A stretch of DNA of 34,057 nt from Stramenopiles sp. TOSAG23-3 (Eukaryota), in NCBI GenBank assembly GCA_900128585.1, contig LT642206.1, forward strand, positions 1 through 34,057. Reading direction: 5' to 3'. Position numbers and translations under genes: made by a program. Positions within the stretch are counted from its first letter, which is position 1. Every line of letters begins with the position of its first letter. The notes below the pieces were generated by a model that saw only the letters and a program-made list of their open reading frames with translations, made no database searches and had not been told where the DNA came from. This document shows, one piece after another, positions 31,239 through 34,057 of the stretch.

Positions 31239-32378
31239 TTAATGCTTTGCATTTTCGTCGTTGTACCCTGCCAAATGCCTTCCATGCCCATGGCCGATTT
31301 CCCACCCGCTCTGTGCAAACATGTGCGTCATGATGGAGGACCGCCCACTGCGCTTGTCGTTTCGATCTCGAATTACAATTGTTGTTCGGGGCGATTTCTT
31401 CCTCACTTGAACAACTGGTCGCCCGTCCCCTCTCGCCATCGCCCCCCCAAGAGCTGCCCCGTGGTTTTTGGCTTTTTTCCTGTACAATTGCTCAACCCTC
31501 TTAATGTGCCGTTCGTCGTTTTGCTGCGATACAAAGTTATCACGAGCTCTGTTGCGAGCAATATGCTTATACTTCTCTACTTGTGCAGTGGAGAAACCTT
31601 TGATTTTGTTGGCGGCTGTGTCGTAGTTTGGCACCTCTGTCCGTTGCTTTGTACGTATTTGGTCGACGATTGTCCCTCTCTCCACGACGGGCACGGCATG
31701 TTTCCCTTTCCGCGTTCTGGAGGTAAACATCGGCTTTGCAGAGCCAAATCTAGATATTTTGTTGGTAGAGTCTCGAAGTTTTTCCAAGAATTGTCCACCC
31801 GTTAGTGCTTCACCACACCCCTGGCCGGCAATTTTCAAGAACACCTCCCCAGCCACTTTTTCGCTTACATTAAATCCTTGTTTTGACAAACCGTGCCTGA
31901 TGGAATCCTTTGTGACCTCGCATTTGTGAGCCCTTTGCCCTGCTGCTTTTGGGTCACGGTATAGGCGAAGGGTTTTGAAACCAGTCCGGGTTTGCTGCCG
32001 GTCTTGCATTACTCGTAAAATCATTTGAGGGTTGGTAAACACGTAGTCTTTCTCATCAAACTTTGGATCCGATGTTCCTTTCCCATCCTTACTGAAATGA
32101 TTCCCTTGCCGTCGCTGCCCTATTTGGGCCGTTTGGGGACGCATAGGTAGGCCTAATTTTGAGGAATTTTGGCGGTAGTTCCACATTTTATGTATTGGGC
32201 GCCCAGAGCGTTCATTCGGGTACCTAGCCGTTCGAGGCCTTAACCGCGGAGTAGGGTTAAACCAGGGCGATCTCGGACGGGACGGTCGTCGTACCGAGTT
32301 CACTTTTGTTTTCGGTTTTGTTTGCTTCGGAATTTTCGTCCCGATTATCACCACCGGCTTTTTGGGTTGTTGTGACAT
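31239..32378 (-). CDS. Hypothetical basic protein with RPxTA motifs and a possible degenerate EF-hand pair, about 379 aa
   Basis: ORF 31239-32510; the ATG at 32378 (MSQQPKK) is the likely start. RPRTA and RPQTA motifs. EVTKDSIRHGLSKQGFNVSEKVAGEVF...LTGGQFLEKL resembles an EF-hand pair lacking Ca ligands. Confidence 0.72.
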   Translation of the reverse strand: MSQQPKKPVVIIGTKIPKQTKPKTKVNSVRRPSRPRSPWFNPTPRLRPRTARYPNERSGRPIHKMWNYRQNSSKLGLPMRPQTAQIGQRRQGNHFSKDGKGTSDPKFDEKDYVFTNPQMILRVMQDRQQTRTGFKTLRLYRDPKAAGQRAHKCEVTKDSIRHGLSKQGFNVSEKVAGEVFLKIAGQGCGEALTGGQFLEKLRDSTNKISRFGSAKPMFTSRTRKGKHAVPVVERGTIVDQIRTKQRTEVPNYDTAANKIKGFSTAQVEKYKHIARNRARDNFVSQQNDERHIKRVEQLYRKKAKNHGAALGGAMARGDGRPVVQVRKKSPRTTIVIRDRNDKRSGRSSIMTHMFAQSGWEIGHGHGRHLAGYNDENAKH

Positions 32379-32946
32379 CCCACCAATGAGTGGTGTAACT
32401 GTGTTGGTTCCAGAACTCAAGAAAATGCAGGGATAACAAGTTGTGCAACCTTCAAAACTCTTTGTTTTGATTGCCTCATTGTTTTCATAATGTGTATTCA
32501 TGAAAACCACATAATAACCAAATGTGCGTTATACTTCATATATTCGTTTGAGAAGAAGCGAAGTTTGGAAGTTTGAGGAGTTTTTTTATTAATTATTATT
32601 ATATATATTAGTCTATTTACTTACTACTACTTCTTCCACTAATTACCTGCTATTTAAAAGAATGACGAAACGGCAGAACGGCAGCAGCAGCAGCAAAAAA
32701 TGAACAGACAAAAACAATTTCATAGACCTACTAATTAGTATACGAGGATGCCTTATTCTAGATAGGAGGATAGTGTACTACATCATTACGTAAACAACAA
32801 AAGGTTTTTAATATATTTCTATAAAGAGAGTTATGACCCCAAGACCGGCAAGGTTTCATTTGTTACTTGTATGGGGAACACGCCTCGCTTAGATTTTTTT
32901 CATTTTACGTTTAGTTTTGAAGATATATAATATACTTGTTTATCTA

Positions 32947-33504
32947 TTACCCGATTTTCCATATGCCATTAACATCGAAGGATCCACATGCAGCATGATT
33001 CCCATTCTTTTTGACACATAAAACAGCTGTAGTTTCATCCCTTAGCTTTTTAACTTGGCATTCCATATTCGCATACGTACAAACACTTTTGTCGCTACTA
33101 CATTCTTCTGGTTCTTCAGAGCTCAAGCTTGACATGTTGGTGTACGAGTTAGGAAGCGAAAGTAGTCCAGAAATGTCCTCAAAGTACTTGCGAGGTACAT
33201 TGCCAGCAATGCTTGTTCCGTGTAAATGCAGGCATTCGATTGCGGATAAATTTGCCATGGGTAAGGTCCCATTGATGCCAGGGTTATCCGACAAGTCCAG
33301 AACTTTCAGGTTGGGGTTAGAGAATAACCCTGCCGGAACAGTACCTGACAATGCGTTTTCCCTCAAATCCATAGTCTGAAGGATATCACTTCTCCACGAT
33401 GGCACAGGACCAGCCAAATTCGACCGATAAAGTTTCAATGTTCTTAGCCGAGGAAATAAGTCAAACTTGAATCGATTGATTGGGCTTCGGTGTGTACAAA
33501 GTTC
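32947..33504 (-). CDS. Terminal exon of a leucine-rich-repeat protein (plant/receptor-type LxxLxLxxNxLsGxvP repeats) with Cys-rich C-terminus; 5' part not identified
   Basis: LRTLKLYRSNLAGPVP, LQTMDLRENALSGTVP, LKVLDLSDNPGINGTLP, IECLHLHGTSIAGNVP. The frame is open without an ATG up to 33504, where it abuts TTTTTATGTAG, an acceptor-like 3' splice site. Confidence 0.78.
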   Translation of the reverse strand, partial: ELCTHRSPINRFKFDLFPRLRTLKLYRSNLAGPVPSWRSDILQTMDLRENALSGTVPAGLFSNPNLKVLDLSDNPGINGTLPMANLSAIECLHLHGTSIAGNVPRKYFEDISGLLSLPNSYTNMSSLSSEEPEECSSDKSVCTYANMECQVKKLRDETTAVLCVKKNGNHAACGSFDVNGIWKIG

Positions 33505-33953
33505 CTACATAAAAAGACGCAATTCAAAATATTTTATCTTCTTGAAACCCAATGAGAAGGTGTATAATGTAGAAACATCTTTTAATCTTTTTTTACTTCG
33601 TTGTTAATGTGAGAGAATCTTATATCGCTTAAATATTATTTAACTGTATTATTGTTATTTTATATATATTAAATTCGTTATTATTTATTAGTAGAAAAAA
33701 AAAGAGAATGAACAACGCCGCACGCACACGAAGAAGAAGGAAGAAGAAGGAAGAAGAAGAAAGAAAAATGGTGGGGGTGGAGAAAAAAGAAGAAGACGAA
33801 AATATCGAATCTATATACTAGACTATATAATGTAGTATAATTTAAAATAATTGGCTGTTGTTATTTTTAGCGTCCTCATACCCTATAACCTAATCCTAAA
33901 TTGGTTCTGTAGTTTATTATCCAAGTGATTCATGTCATGTCGCATTTTAAAAT

Positions 33954-34057
33954 TATTTTGGAAACCAACCCAATAATAATATGCCTATGTAATATATATC
34001 CCTATCAAAACACATTATTAGAATACAAAACGAATAAAAGGGTTGGTTTCCAAAATA
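33954..34057. repeat. 18-bp perfect inverted repeat flanking a 68-bp AT-rich core (MITE-like)
   Basis: TATTTTGGAAACCAACCC (33954-33971) and its exact reverse complement GGGTTGGTTTCCAAAATA (34040-34057). Confidence 0.85.

Noticed and set aside
33881-33900. CCCTATAACCTAATCCTAAA as telomeric CCCTAA repeats
   Set aside because: Three degenerate units, too short and irregular to support a telomere or subtelomere call.

Overview
Eukaryotic nuclear DNA from a flagellated protist (CFAP53 is present; Tudor-like repeats and a Cys-rich multi-TM receptor suggest a stramenopile, which is inference only). About 13 protein-coding genes have essentially uninterrupted CDSs. The first 12 alternate strictly in strand, forming six tail-to-tail pairs separated by AT-rich, microsatellite-laden divergent spacers. 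Recognisable products: CFAP53 (frameshifted), a degenerate SNF2/SMARCAL1-like ATPase with a PIP-like box, a Tudor+ankyrin protein, a LysM-containing GT10 fucosyltransferase, a Kelch/Cys-rich multi-pass membrane protein, a class I PLP aminotransferase, a long coiled-coil protein (frameshifted), XRCC3, and the last exon of an LRR gene. The best leads are the LysM domain inserted into a fucosyltransferase, the SNF2 pseudo-ATPase, two -1 frameshifts at short A/T runs, the strict gene-pair architecture with skewed spacers, and an 18-bp perfect inverted repeat at the window end. No rRNA, tRNA, CRISPR or transposase was recognised. There are two N-gaps (7689-7697, 14478-14505).
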